Shown here: piece by piece, positions 19,266 through 27,905 of the stretch
Numbering within the stretch: the first letter of the stretch is position 1
How the letters are laid out: each line of letters opens with the position of its first letter
Source: Vulcanimicrobiota bacterium
GTDB lineage: Bacteria; Vulcanimicrobiota; Vulcanimicrobiia; Eremiobacterales; Eremiobacteraceae
Direction of reading: 5' to 3'
DNA length: 64,000 nt
Assembly: GCA_963812135.1 (NCBI GenBank)
Contig: CAWETU010000005.1
Location: 160,001-224,000, forward strand
Notes under the pieces: generated by a model
What the model was told of the DNA's origin: nothing
Databases searched by the model: none
The model's input: only the letters and a program-made list of their open reading frames with translations
Position numbers and translations under genes: made by a program

Positions 19266-19836
19266 GCGCCACTTGTGCGTACGCGTCTAGTAGATAGCGG
19301 CAGAAATCGGGATACCCGTACGGGCCTTCGTCGGCAGCGCGTGCGACAAACGCGTTCCATGATCCGACGACGCCCTGATACGTCTCGCGTTCGCGCGCTT
19401 GCGCGAGCAAGAGCTCGCGTTCGCGCTCGGCGTCGACGTCGTCGACCGTCCAGTTGCGGCACGAACACACGCCATGCATCACCCTTACCTCGCCCTGATC
19501 CAAATACGAGGGGAAGCTATGGCATGGACCCGGACGCAACGCGCCCAGGCCGCAGCGCGCCGCGTCGTCCATCGCAAAGATCAGAAACGTGCATGCGTGA
19601 GTCGAGTCTGATTTGGCAAGGGCCGCGCGATAACGCGCGCCGGTGCGATCGAGGGAAAAGCTATCTTCGGCCTTGTCGGGTGCGGGTAGCGCGATGGTGA
19701 AGTCCCAGGGCGGCACGAGCAACGTCGTAGAGATCCGATAGATATCGGCGCCGGATGGATAGACGATGGTGTCGCGACAACAGCTCTTGCGCGCGCAACC
19801 CAGCCAACGTTCTTCTTTTGTCTGCATCTGTCTCAT
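19252..19836 (-). CDS. YkgJ-family cysteine-cluster protein (paralog)
   Basis: CARKSCC...CTFL...CGLGALRPGPCHSFP...CSC; overlaps the next gene by 14 bp. Confidence 0.8.
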   Translation of the reverse strand: MRQMQTKEERWLGCARKSCCRDTIVYPSGADIYRISTTLLVPPWDFTIALPAPDKAEDSFSLDRTGARYRAALAKSDSTHACTFLIFAMDDAARCGLGALRPGPCHSFPSYLDQGEVRVMHGVCSCRNWTVDDVDAERERELLLAQARERETYQGVVGSWNAFVARAADEGPYGYPDFCRYLLDAYAQVAHATV

Positions 19837-19865
19837 GTCGCGCGTGCCCGAAACACGCCTACGCG

Positions 19866-20510
19866 CTACTTCGGGGACGCGTTGATCTGCGGAGCGGGAA
19901 GTTGTGGCTGGTACAACCCGATCGTCGTCTTGACGGTGTATTTTGCGCCGGCGGCGACGGTGATGTCTTCGTACTTCACGCCGCCGATGTGCTTGTGAAC
20001 GACATTATCCGGGCCTACTTTCTCGGTGACGACGAGCGGGTTGGCCTTGTCGCCAGCCACCGTTTCGACCCAGCCCCCAGCATGACTGAAGTCAGCGTTC
20101 AACGTCAGCGGCGTGCCCGCCGGCACTTTCATGGATGCGACGCACTCCGTGCCGACCACGGACGGGTTGGCGGTCGCAACCACGCCCGTGGGCAGCGACG
20201 CGGTCAGGAGAACGTCGGCACATATCCATTTGTCTTTAAGCCCGGACGATGCGTTGGAGCTTATCTTCATCTTCGCGGCGTCTTTGGAACCCGCGTCGAG
20301 CGCCGGCATGCTGACATTTTGTATCTTGGGGACGGCGCCGATGTCGACATACAACATACCGCCGGGATACTTGCTCGGCCACTGCCTGAAAAGCGACGCG
20401 TTGGGCGCGACGTTCTGCGGTGCCGGCGGCTGCGAACTCTTCGCGATGCGCGGGAATGCCAGCAGCACCAAAACGAGGATTGCCGCGACGAGAATCAGGA
20501 CGAACTGCAT
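19866..20510 (-). CDS. Exported or membrane-anchored hypothetical protein
   Basis: AAGGAG RBS, hydrophobic N-terminus MQFVLILVAAILVLVLLAFP, beta-rich body with two Cys. Confidence 0.75.
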   Translation of the reverse strand: MQFVLILVAAILVLVLLAFPRIAKSSQPPAPQNVAPNASLFRQWPSKYPGGMLYVDIGAVPKIQNVSMPALDAGSKDAAKMKISSNASSGLKDKWICADVLLTASLPTGVVATANPSVVGTECVASMKVPAGTPLTLNADFSHAGGWVETVAGDKANPLVVTEKVGPDNVVHKHIGGVKYEDITVAAGAKYTVKTTIGLYQPQLPAPQINASPK

Positions 20511-20592
20511 TGCGTTCTCCTTCGCTCCGGGAGTGATGCGACGTTCGACAGTGGAGGGAGCCGACCTCGCGTTTCGGAAGCCTAGGGCCCTT

Positions 20593-21273
20593 ATGCGTAA
20601 TTTGAGATTTGGCCTCATCTTCGCGGCATGCGCTTGCTTCCTCGCACCGGCTCTCGCACTATCCGATTCGACGCCCCCGACGCCGGCTCCGACGCCAACG
20701 CTTCCGGAATTGGCGTCGGAGAACAGGTTCGTGAATGCGGTGACCATTGATTTGCAGTCCCGTTTCGCGACTACCGCGCAAGCCGCCGGAGCCGGCTACT
20801 TCCGCTACACGAATGAGGACAAAACGGGCGCGATCAGTTGGGTCAACACGTCTTATTGGACCAGCGATCCAAAACACCCGGGCCAACTCTGGTACGATGT
20901 GAACGGGCACTTGATCGGCGCAGATTTCACCGTGCTGAAGACCGACACTCCGCCCACGTTGTGGGGTGTGTCCTCATTGCGTTGGCTGACGCAAGAGCAA
21001 CACGTGCACTTCGGCGTGAAGCAGCCGGATGGAAGCATCAAGTTCGGTGGTTTCGGGGAGAGCGGCGCCGCTAGGATCGGTGCGGACTTGGCCAAGCCGA
21101 CTCCGGACGACGTGGTGAAGCTGGGCAGGGCACAAACCGCTAGCCAGGTCGCGTTCGTGTTCCCGTTCCCGGCGATCTGGGATCTGCAGGTGTGGCTCGT
21201 ACCCAATCCGAGCGGGCCGTTCGCGGAGTACAACCCGAACGTCAAGCCGAGCGGCGGCACCAAGGGCATGTAG
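20593..21273 (+). CDS. Secreted hypothetical protein
   Basis: Signal peptide ending ALA, PTPAPTP linker, P.QLWYD..G.LIG and WDLQVW...NPSGPFAEYNP motifs. Confidence 0.78.
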   Translation: MRNLRFGLIFAACACFLAPALALSDSTPPTPAPTPTLPELASENRFVNAVTIDLQSRFATTAQAAGAGYFRYTNEDKTGAISWVNTSYWTSDPKHPGQLWYDVNGHLIGADFTVLKTDTPPTLWGVSSLRWLTQEQHVHFGVKQPDGSIKFGGFGESGAARIGADLAKPTPDDVVKLGRAQTASQVAFVFPFPAIWDLQVWLVPNPSGPFAEYNPNVKPSGGTKGM

Positions 21274-21324
21274 GACCCGAGCGAAGCTCGGGTGTCAGCT
21301 CGAGCGAATGCTCGAGCACAAACA

Positions 21325-21356
21325 AAGAAGCGCGCCGGATGGCGCGCTTCTTCTTT
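21325..21356 (+). terminator. Intrinsic terminator (probably bidirectional)
   Basis: AAGAAGCGCGCC-GGAT-GGCGCGCTTCTT followed by T-rich bases, between convergent genes. Confidence 0.8.
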
Positions 21357-21515
21357 ATTCGGTGGCGGTGCGTCGCTTGCCCGACGCCAGCCAACCGGCG
21401 AGGAGCAAGGCAAATGCCCCGAACGAGGCGACTAATTCCATGAGCCTATTCTAATCGCTACGCGGCCGCCGGCCTATGTGCACGTGTCGAGCGCCCGAAG
21501 CGGCGCGTTGTCCGA

Positions 21516-21539
21516 CGGTCGAATGAATTCGACCGCTAC
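21516..21539 (-). repeat. GTAG-type REP-like palindrome, copy 2
   Basis: Reverse complement is GTAGCGGTCGAATTCATTCGACCG; its TAG is the amtB stop codon. Confidence 0.7.
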
Positions 21540-22786
21540 ATCTGATAGGCGACTTCAGCGTGCTGCGAGACATCCAGCCCGCGCTCTTCTTCTCCCTGCG
21601 AGACGCGCAATGGCACGAAGCGCTCGATCGCTTTGAGGATCAAAAACGTCATCCCACCTGCGTACACCCAGGAAACCGCCACCGCGATCGCCTGCACGGC
21701 CAGCTGACGCGGATTGCCCGCGAACAGCCCGTTGGCGCCGGCGGCGTTGACGGCGACCGTCGCGAACAGCCCGGTCGCCAGTGCGCCCCACGTGCCGCCG
21801 ATCCCGTGGACCGCCCACACATCGAGCGAATCGTCCACGCGGTGCATGCGCTCGCGCCACTGGATAGCCACGTAGCACACGACACCCGCGCCGAAACCGA
21901 TCAGGATCGCGCCAAGCGGCGTCACGAAGCCGCACGCCGGCGTCACCGCCACCAGGCCGGCCACCGCGCCTGCCGCGGCCCCGAGCACGCTGGGATTGCC
22001 CTTGCGCCACCAATGCAGCGTCATCCAGGTGAGCGCGCCCATGGCCGCGGCCAGATTGGTGCCGACGAACGCGCTCGCCGCAAGGCCGTTGGCCGCGAGC
22101 GCAGAGCCCGCGTTGAATCCGAACCAGCCAAACCAGACCAGCGCCGCGCCGAGCACCACGTACGGGATGTTGTGCGGTTCGGTGTTGCGGTCGGGCGCGA
22201 CGCCGATGCGCCGCCCGAGCACGAACGCCGCGACCAAGGCGGACACGCCCGATGTGATGTGCACGACGGTGCCGCCGGCGAAATCGAGCGTCCCAAGGTT
22301 GTTGAGCCAGCCGCCTTGGCCCCAGACCCAGTGGGCGATCGGGTCGTAGACAAACGTGGCCCAGAGCAGCGTGAACAAGACGAACGCCTTGAAGTGCTTG
22401 CGCTCGGCGAAACCGCCGGAGATCAGCGCCGGTGTGATCACCGCGAACATCATCTGGAACACGCAAAAGGCGAGGGCGGGGATCGTCGGCGCGTACGTAT
22501 TTGGCGTCTGGCCGACGCCTTGTAGTCCGAGCCACTGCAGACCGCCGATGATGCCGTGGAAGTAGCCGAGGAAATTAGCGTCCGGACCGAAGGCCAGCGT
22601 GTAGCCCCACAGCGCCCACTGCACGCTCACCAGACAGAGGATGAAGAAACTGTGCATGAGCGTGGCGAGCACGTTCTTGCGGCGCACGAGCCCGCCGTAG
22701 AAAAAACCGACCGCCGGCGTCATGAGCATGACCAAGGCGGCGGAGGCGAGCACCCAAGCGGTGTCGCCGGCGCTGATCGAGTGCAT
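21536..22786 (-). CDS. amtB: Ammonium transporter
   Basis: FYGGLVR.KN, FQMMFA, DFAGG.VVH, WFGWFGFNAGS, DDSLDVWAVHG (twin His). Confidence 0.97.
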   Translation of the reverse strand: MHSISAGDTAWVLASAALVMLMTPAVGFFYGGLVRRKNVLATLMHSFFILCLVSVQWALWGYTLAFGPDANFLGYFHGIIGGLQWLGLQGVGQTPNTYAPTIPALAFCVFQMMFAVITPALISGGFAERKHFKAFVLFTLLWATFVYDPIAHWVWGQGGWLNNLGTLDFAGGTVVHITSGVSALVAAFVLGRRIGVAPDRNTEPHNIPYVVLGAALVWFGWFGFNAGSALAANGLAASAFVGTNLAAAMGALTWMTLHWWRKGNPSVLGAAAGAVAGLVAVTPACGFVTPLGAILIGFGAGVVCYVAIQWRERMHRVDDSLDVWAVHGIGGTWGALATGLFATVAVNAAGANGLFAGNPRQLAVQAIAVAVSWVYAGGMTFLILKAIERFVPLRVSQGEEERGLDVSQHAEVAYQM

Positions 22787-22889
22787 CGGCGCAGGCCCTC
22801 CTTGGGATTACAGTATAGGACCGTCGCGCGCGAATTGCTTTCGACGTTTGTCGAAGAGTGAAGCGCGTATCTTCGACGAACGCCAGCGC

Positions 22890-24473
22890 ATGTCCAACCG
22901 GCAACCCACTGTGCTGGTCGCCGAACCGCTTGCCGCCGAGGGCGTCGCGGTGTTGCGCGATGGCGGCGTCGAGGTGCGCGAGGCCTTCGATCAGACCGCC
23001 GCCGCACTGCGGTCGCAGCTGCGCGACGTCGACGCGCTCATCGTGCGCAGCAAGACGAAGGTCGACGCCGAGATGCTCGCGGGTGCGCCGGCGCTACGCG
23101 TGGTAGGCCGGGCAGGCGTCGGCGTGGACGCGATCGATGTCGCGGCGGCGACCCGCCACGGCATCGTCGTCCTCAACACGCCGGACGCGAGCACGCTGGC
23201 GACGGCCGAGCATACGATGGCGGTTATGCTGGCGCTTTGCAGGCACCTGAGCGCGGGTCACGCCCGCATCCAAGATGGTAATTGGAGCGCAAAGGGACTG
23301 CTTGGCACTGAGCTCGCCGGCAAGACGCTGGGCGTCGTCGGGCTGGGCCGGATCGGCGCTGCGGTGGCAGCCCGCGCCCGTGCCTTCGGGATGACCGTCA
23401 TCGCGCACGACGCGTTCGTCAGCGAGGCGCGCGCCGAAGCGCTGGGGGCCAAGCTCGTCTCGCTCGACGATCTCTTGACGCGTTCGGATTTTGTCACGCT
23501 GCACGCGCCGCTGACCGCGCAGACGCAGGGCATGATCGGCGAACGGGAGATCGCGCTGATGAAGTCGGGCGCGCGGCTCGTCAACTGCGCGCGCGGCGAC
23601 CTGCTCGTTGAGAGCGCGTTGTTGGCTGCACTCGACTCCGGCCATCTGGCCGGCGCGGCGCTCGACGTGGTCCGAGACGAACCGCCGGCTGGCGATGCCC
23701 CGGTCTGGCGGCTGCTGCACCATCCAAAGGTGTTCGCCACTCCTCACCTGGCGGGCTCGACGCGCGAGGCGCAAGCGCGCATCGCTGCAGATCTGTGCCG
23801 CGACGTGCTCGCGGTCTTGCACGGTCAACCGGTGTCGGGCTCGGTCAACGCACCGATCGCGCCGTCGGCCGCGATGCAGCCATTCGTCGAGCTCGCGAAC
23901 GTGCTTGGCCGCGCGTACGCGCAAGTGTCGCGCGAACCGGCGCTGCCCGGATTCTCGCTGACGTTCGAGGGCGAGCTGTCCGATCTCGATCCACGGCCGT
24001 TCGTGGCTGCGTTCTTGGTCGGCTTGCTGCGCGACGTCACCGACCGCCGCGTCTCCGTGGTGAACTCGAGCCAGGTCGCGATCGAATTGGGCATCTCGAT
24101 CGAAACGCTGGCGGCGCCGTGCGAGCGCGGCTTCGCGCGGGCGCTCTCCGTACGCGGCGGCAAAACGTCGCTGGCCGGCACGGTGGTACACGGAGAACAG
24201 TTGCGGCTCGTCGAGATCGACGGCTTTGAGATCGACTTGGTGCCAAAAGGTCATGTCATCGTCACGCGCCACGCCGATGTGCCCGGCATCGTTGGCAAAA
24301 CGGGCACGATCCTTGGCGAGTCCGCGTTGAACATCTCCACGATGAACGTCGCGCGGCGCGATGACGGCGAGGCGCTCATGGTGCTGGGCGTCGATCGCGC
24401 GCCCGGACCGGACGTGCTTGAACTCGTGCGCGGCATCGACGGACTCCACGACGCGCGCAGCATCGAATTGTGA
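22890..24473 (+). CDS. serA: D-3-phosphoglycerate dehydrogenase (type I, ASB and ACT domains)
   Basis: RAGVGVD, GLGRIG, NCARG, TPHLAGST, C-terminal DVPGIVG ACT domain. Confidence 0.93.
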   Translation: MSNRQPTVLVAEPLAAEGVAVLRDGGVEVREAFDQTAAALRSQLRDVDALIVRSKTKVDAEMLAGAPALRVVGRAGVGVDAIDVAAATRHGIVVLNTPDASTLATAEHTMAVMLALCRHLSAGHARIQDGNWSAKGLLGTELAGKTLGVVGLGRIGAAVAARARAFGMTVIAHDAFVSEARAEALGAKLVSLDDLLTRSDFVTLHAPLTAQTQGMIGEREIALMKSGARLVNCARGDLLVESALLAALDSGHLAGAALDVVRDEPPAGDAPVWRLLHHPKVFATPHLAGSTREAQARIAADLCRDVLAVLHGQPVSGSVNAPIAPSAAMQPFVELANVLGRAYAQVSREPALPGFSLTFEGELSDLDPRPFVAAFLVGLLRDVTDRRVSVVNSSQVAIELGISIETLAAPCERGFARALSVRGGKTSLAGTVVHGEQLRLVEIDGFEIDLVPKGHVIVTRHADVPGIVGKTGTILGESALNISTMNVARRDDGEALMVLGVDRAPGPDVLELVRGIDGLHDARSIEL

Positions 24474-25102
24474 CGCTGCTCTTCGTGCGCCACGGCGAAT
24501 CGACGTGGAATGTCGAGGGCCGTTTTCAAGGGCGTCAAGATCCGCCGCTCTCCGAACTCGGCGAGCGCCAAGCGCGCGCGGTCGCGCGACGGCTGGCTGT
24601 GCACGAGCATCCGGCCGCGATCGTCGCCAGTCCGCTCACGCGCGCGCGCAGGACGGCCGAGATCATCGGCGAGGCATGCGGCGTGCCGGTGGCGCTCGAC
24701 GAGCGGCTCGTTGAGATCTCGCACGGGGAATGGGAAGGTCTGCTGCGCTCGGAGATCGCGCGACGCTGGCCGGCAGAACTTGCGCTCTGGCAAACAGCTC
24801 CATGGACGGTCGAATTCCCGCACGGGGAGTCAGTGGCTCGTGTGCGCGCCCGTTTCGAATCGTTCATGCGCGACGCGGCGAGGCATCCTTCCCCCTTGGT
24901 CGTCTGCACGCATGACGTGATCATCCGTCTGGCCCGGTTGTGGGCGGCAGGCGAAGCCGACGACCGATTCGCCTCCCTCAAGGGCGAGAACGCTGCGGTC
25001 ATGGAGATCGAGGTGGGGCCGAGCGGCCCGGCACTCGTGCGTGCGAACGATACTTCCCACCTCGAAGGACTACGCAGCGATTTGGCCCGCCAAGCGCTGT
25101 AG
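24470..25102 (+). CDS. Histidine phosphatase, probable metal-independent phosphoserine phosphatase (PspA type)
   Basis: RHG, RFQG, EISHGEWEG; GTGA overlap with serA. Confidence 0.8.
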   Translation: MTLLFVRHGESTWNVEGRFQGRQDPPLSELGERQARAVARRLAVHEHPAAIVASPLTRARRTAEIIGEACGVPVALDERLVEISHGEWEGLLRSEIARRWPAELALWQTAPWTVEFPHGESVARVRARFESFMRDAARHPSPLVVCTHDVIIRLARLWAAGEADDRFASLKGENAAVMEIEVGPSGPALVRANDTSHLEGLRSDLARQAL

Positions 25103-25140
25103 AGCCGTCCCCGTTGGGTGGCCGGCATTTTTCGGTCATC

Positions 25141-25210
25141 TATTAATTATTTAATTGACAAGGCATCGGCGGCCGTAGTAAAGTAATCGGCAGCTACTAA
25201 TTCCTTAATA
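25141..25210 (+). promoter_or_regulatory. Promoter region of the blaI-M56 operon
   Basis: AT-rich tract, TTGACA at 25155, 18-bp spacer, TAAAGT, then an imperfect dyad TACTA-N6-TAATA. Confidence 0.55.
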
Positions 25211-25226
25211 TGTCGGGAGGTCGCGC

Positions 25227-25613
25227 TTGGCCCGCAAGAAATCCCCGACCCTTACCGAGGCGGAGTTGCGCCTCATGGAAGTGCTTTGGGATAAGCGCTC
25301 TGCGACCGTCGGCGAAGTGCTCGCCGGACTGCCCGAAGAAACCGCGCTCGCGTATAGCACCGTGCTCACCACATTACGCATTCTCGAGACCAAGGGCTAC
25401 GTCGCGCACGCAGAATCGGGGCGCGCCTTTGTCTATCGCCCGCTCGTCGGCCGCGACGAAGCGCGGCGCAGCGCGACGCAGCAACTAGTCCGACGCTTCT
25501 TTGACAATTCACCCGAACTGTTGGCACTCAGCCTGCTCGAGCAAGAGAACATCGACGACCAAGAGCTTCAACGCCTCAAGCGGTTGATCGAACGCAGCAA
25601 GGAGAACTCGTGA
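25227..25613 (+). CDS. BlaI/MecI/CopY family repressor
   Basis: LTEAELRLMEVLW, AYSTVLTTLRILETKG, GRAFVY, RFFDNS. Confidence 0.93.
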   Translation: MARKKSPTLTEAELRLMEVLWDKRSATVGEVLAGLPEETALAYSTVLTTLRILETKGYVAHAESGRAFVYRPLVGRDEARRSATQQLVRRFFDNSPELLALSLLEQENIDDQELQRLKRLIERSKENS

Positions 25614-27892
25614 TGCAGGTGTGGCTGCAACTCGGGGAGACATTCGCGCGCGTCAGCGTCGGCGCGATCCTGAACAGCCTGTGGGAAGCGATCGCGCTCG
25701 CGCTCATCGCGTGGCTCGTGCTGCGCGCCGTGCCGCGTGCCAACGCCTCATTGCGTTATGGCCTGTGGTGCGTCGCGCTTCTTGCCGTGCTCGTCCTGCC
25801 GGTGATCGCCTTGTATGCCGGCTCCGCTCCGCCTGCGGCGGCGGCGCCTAGTGCCGATCCGGCCGTCTTAGTCCCGCAGCGCTTCGCCCAATTCTTGTTC
25901 GCGCTCTGGTATGTGGTGGCCACGATCCTCGTGCTGCGCCTCATCGTGAGCTACGTCCGCCTCCAACAGCTCAAAGCAAGCGCGCAGCCAGTGCCGCCGC
26001 TGTACCAGCATCGCGTGCGACGCTGGCTCGCGGCGACGGGCGGAAAACGCGAGTGCCGGCTGTGCATGTCGGACAAAGTCCCGATGCCGGTCGCGATCGG
26101 CCTGCTCGATCCCGTCATCATCTTGCCGGAGCGTCTGCTCGAGCAGTTATCCGATGACGAGCTCGACCAAGTGGGCCTGCACGAGCTGTCGCACTTGCAG
26201 CGCTGGGACGATTACACCAACGTCTTCCAGAAGATCGCCGAGGCGCTGCTGTTCTTCAACCCAGCCGTCTATCTCATCGGGCGCCAGCTCACGCTCGAAC
26301 GCGAGATCGCGTGCGATGACCGCGTCATCGCGGCGACCGGCAAACCGCTGACCTATGCAGCGTGCCTCACGCGCCTCGTCGAAGCCACCGCGCTGACTCG
26401 CCAAGCGCTGCCGGCGCTCGCCGCACTGTCCACGCGCCGCCAGTTCGCCATCCGCATCGAGCGGCTGCTCGACAAGCACCGCAATGTGTTCCCGCTCGCC
26501 TCGGGCCTCGCCGCGATCGCGGCCTGCTTGGCGATGGCCGGCGCGCTTGCCGTCGCTTCGCGGTTGAGCCCGCTCGTCGCGGTGATTCCGGCCCCCCAGA
26601 GCTTTGGCCCCATGACCGCCACAGCCGCGGCACCCATGGCCCGAGCACCTCGAACGATCGCTGAAATTTTAGTCCTGTCGCGGCACGCGGCGGCTGATGC
26701 CGCCGCCACGGCTGCGGTCCGTCCGGCGATCCTCGTTCGCCGCATCGTCACCGCTGTGCCGCGCGTCGTAAGTGTTGCGCGTTCCAACGCCGTGGGAACG
26801 CGCAACTTCACCATTGTGAGTCACGAGACGATCGAAGTCATCGGGGTTCATGCGTCGCACGTCAAGCAGATCGCGCTTGAGGATATGACAAAGCACTTGC
26901 CTGCGCTTGCGACCTTCAATCTGCGCTTCAAGTCGCTGACGAACGAAGTGTACAAGCTCAAGGTCTTCGTCGATCCCGCGCACATCCACGTGATGCGAGC
27001 ACCCGCGGGCGGCCACGTGCCAGCGCACGATCTGGCTGCCGTCACCGCGGCCTACGCCGCAGACTCCGCGAGGTTTGGGACGGACTCAGTCGCGTACGCG
27101 CATACCTCGGCGCAATACGCGAAAGACGCTGACAAATACGCCAAGGATAGCCAGCCGGTGACGGCCGCTGCCCCGCAGGCCCCGTCGGCCAGCATTTCGG
27201 AGACGGACAACGTCCCCGTCCTTGCTGCCTCGTTGCACGCGCTCCCACCCAACTCGCGCGTGGACGTCATCGAGCAGCTCGCCGCGCATCTCGAAGACGT
27301 GCAAGCGCGCGAAGCGCTCATCGATGCAATGTTGCACGACGCATCCGTCACGGTCAAGTTGCGGGCGGTCGAAGCGCTCGGTGCGGAGGTTCAACAGGTC
27401 GAGGAACAAGCGGCCCTGATCCGCGGACTGCGCGCGTCGGACTCCGTCAGGGTGAAGATCGCGATCATCGGCGCGCTCGAGAGCGCGACGTGCGACCAAG
27501 CCGTGCTGCAAGGCCTCGTGTTCGCCTTCGGCAACGGCCAGCCGCAAGCGGTGCAACTCGCCGCGGTGGACGCTCTCACGAGCGTCGCCGACAATCCGGA
27601 TGGCCAGGCCGCGCTGGTCGCAGCGTTCAACAGCGCGAGCAGCCCGCGCGTGAAGACCAGCATCATCAAAGCGCTCATGGACAACGTGCGTGAGCCGGTC
27701 GTGCGTCGCGCGCTTGCGGCCGCATTGCGTTCCGATCAGCCGATATCGGTGCAGCTGGCCGCCGTGGAGGCGCTGGCGCCGGCGATCGACGACCCTGAAG
27801 TTCGCGCGGTACTCGAAGAGGCGGGCGGATCGGGCAGCGACATCGTGCGCTCGACCATCAAGCGGGCGCTCGCGGAATTCGCGTCACCGTAG
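25610..27892 (+). CDS. M56 (BlaR1-type) metallopeptidase with C-terminal HEAT-like repeats
   Basis: HELSH..R.D, FFNP, ERE.ACD, YAACL motifs; about six helical repeats of roughly 35 aa at the C-terminus. Confidence 0.88.
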   Translation: MMQVWLQLGETFARVSVGAILNSLWEAIALALIAWLVLRAVPRANASLRYGLWCVALLAVLVLPVIALYAGSAPPAAAAPSADPAVLVPQRFAQFLFALWYVVATILVLRLIVSYVRLQQLKASAQPVPPLYQHRVRRWLAATGGKRECRLCMSDKVPMPVAIGLLDPVIILPERLLEQLSDDELDQVGLHELSHLQRWDDYTNVFQKIAEALLFFNPAVYLIGRQLTLEREIACDDRVIAATGKPLTYAACLTRLVEATALTRQALPALAALSTRRQFAIRIERLLDKHRNVFPLASGLAAIAACLAMAGALAVASRLSPLVAVIPAPQSFGPMTATAAAPMARAPRTIAEILVLSRHAAADAAATAAVRPAILVRRIVTAVPRVVSVARSNAVGTRNFTIVSHETIEVIGVHASHVKQIALEDMTKHLPALATFNLRFKSLTNEVYKLKVFVDPAHIHVMRAPAGGHVPAHDLAAVTAAYAADSARFGTDSVAYAHTSAQYAKDADKYAKDSQPVTAAAPQAPSASISETDNVPVLAASLHALPPNSRVDVIEQLAAHLEDVQAREALIDAMLHDASVTVKLRAVEALGAEVQQVEEQAALIRGLRASDSVRVKIAIIGALESATCDQAVLQGLVFAFGNGQPQAVQLAAVDALTSVADNPDGQAALVAAFNSASSPRVKTSIIKALMDNVREPVVRRALAAALRSDQPISVQLAAVEALAPAIDDPEVRAVLEEAGGSGSDIVRSTIKRALAEFASP

Positions 27893-27905
27893 CGCTCTGC
27901 GCACA

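Noticed and set aside
14685..19836. RiPP cluster formed by the YkgJ pair plus the HlyD-ABC exporter
   Set aside because: No precursor peptide or C39 peptidase was found, and the exporter has its own promoter and TetR operator like cecR-ybhGFSR.
25227..27892. Beta-lactam resistance locus
   Set aside because: No penicillin-binding sensor domain and no beta-lactamase or mecA nearby.
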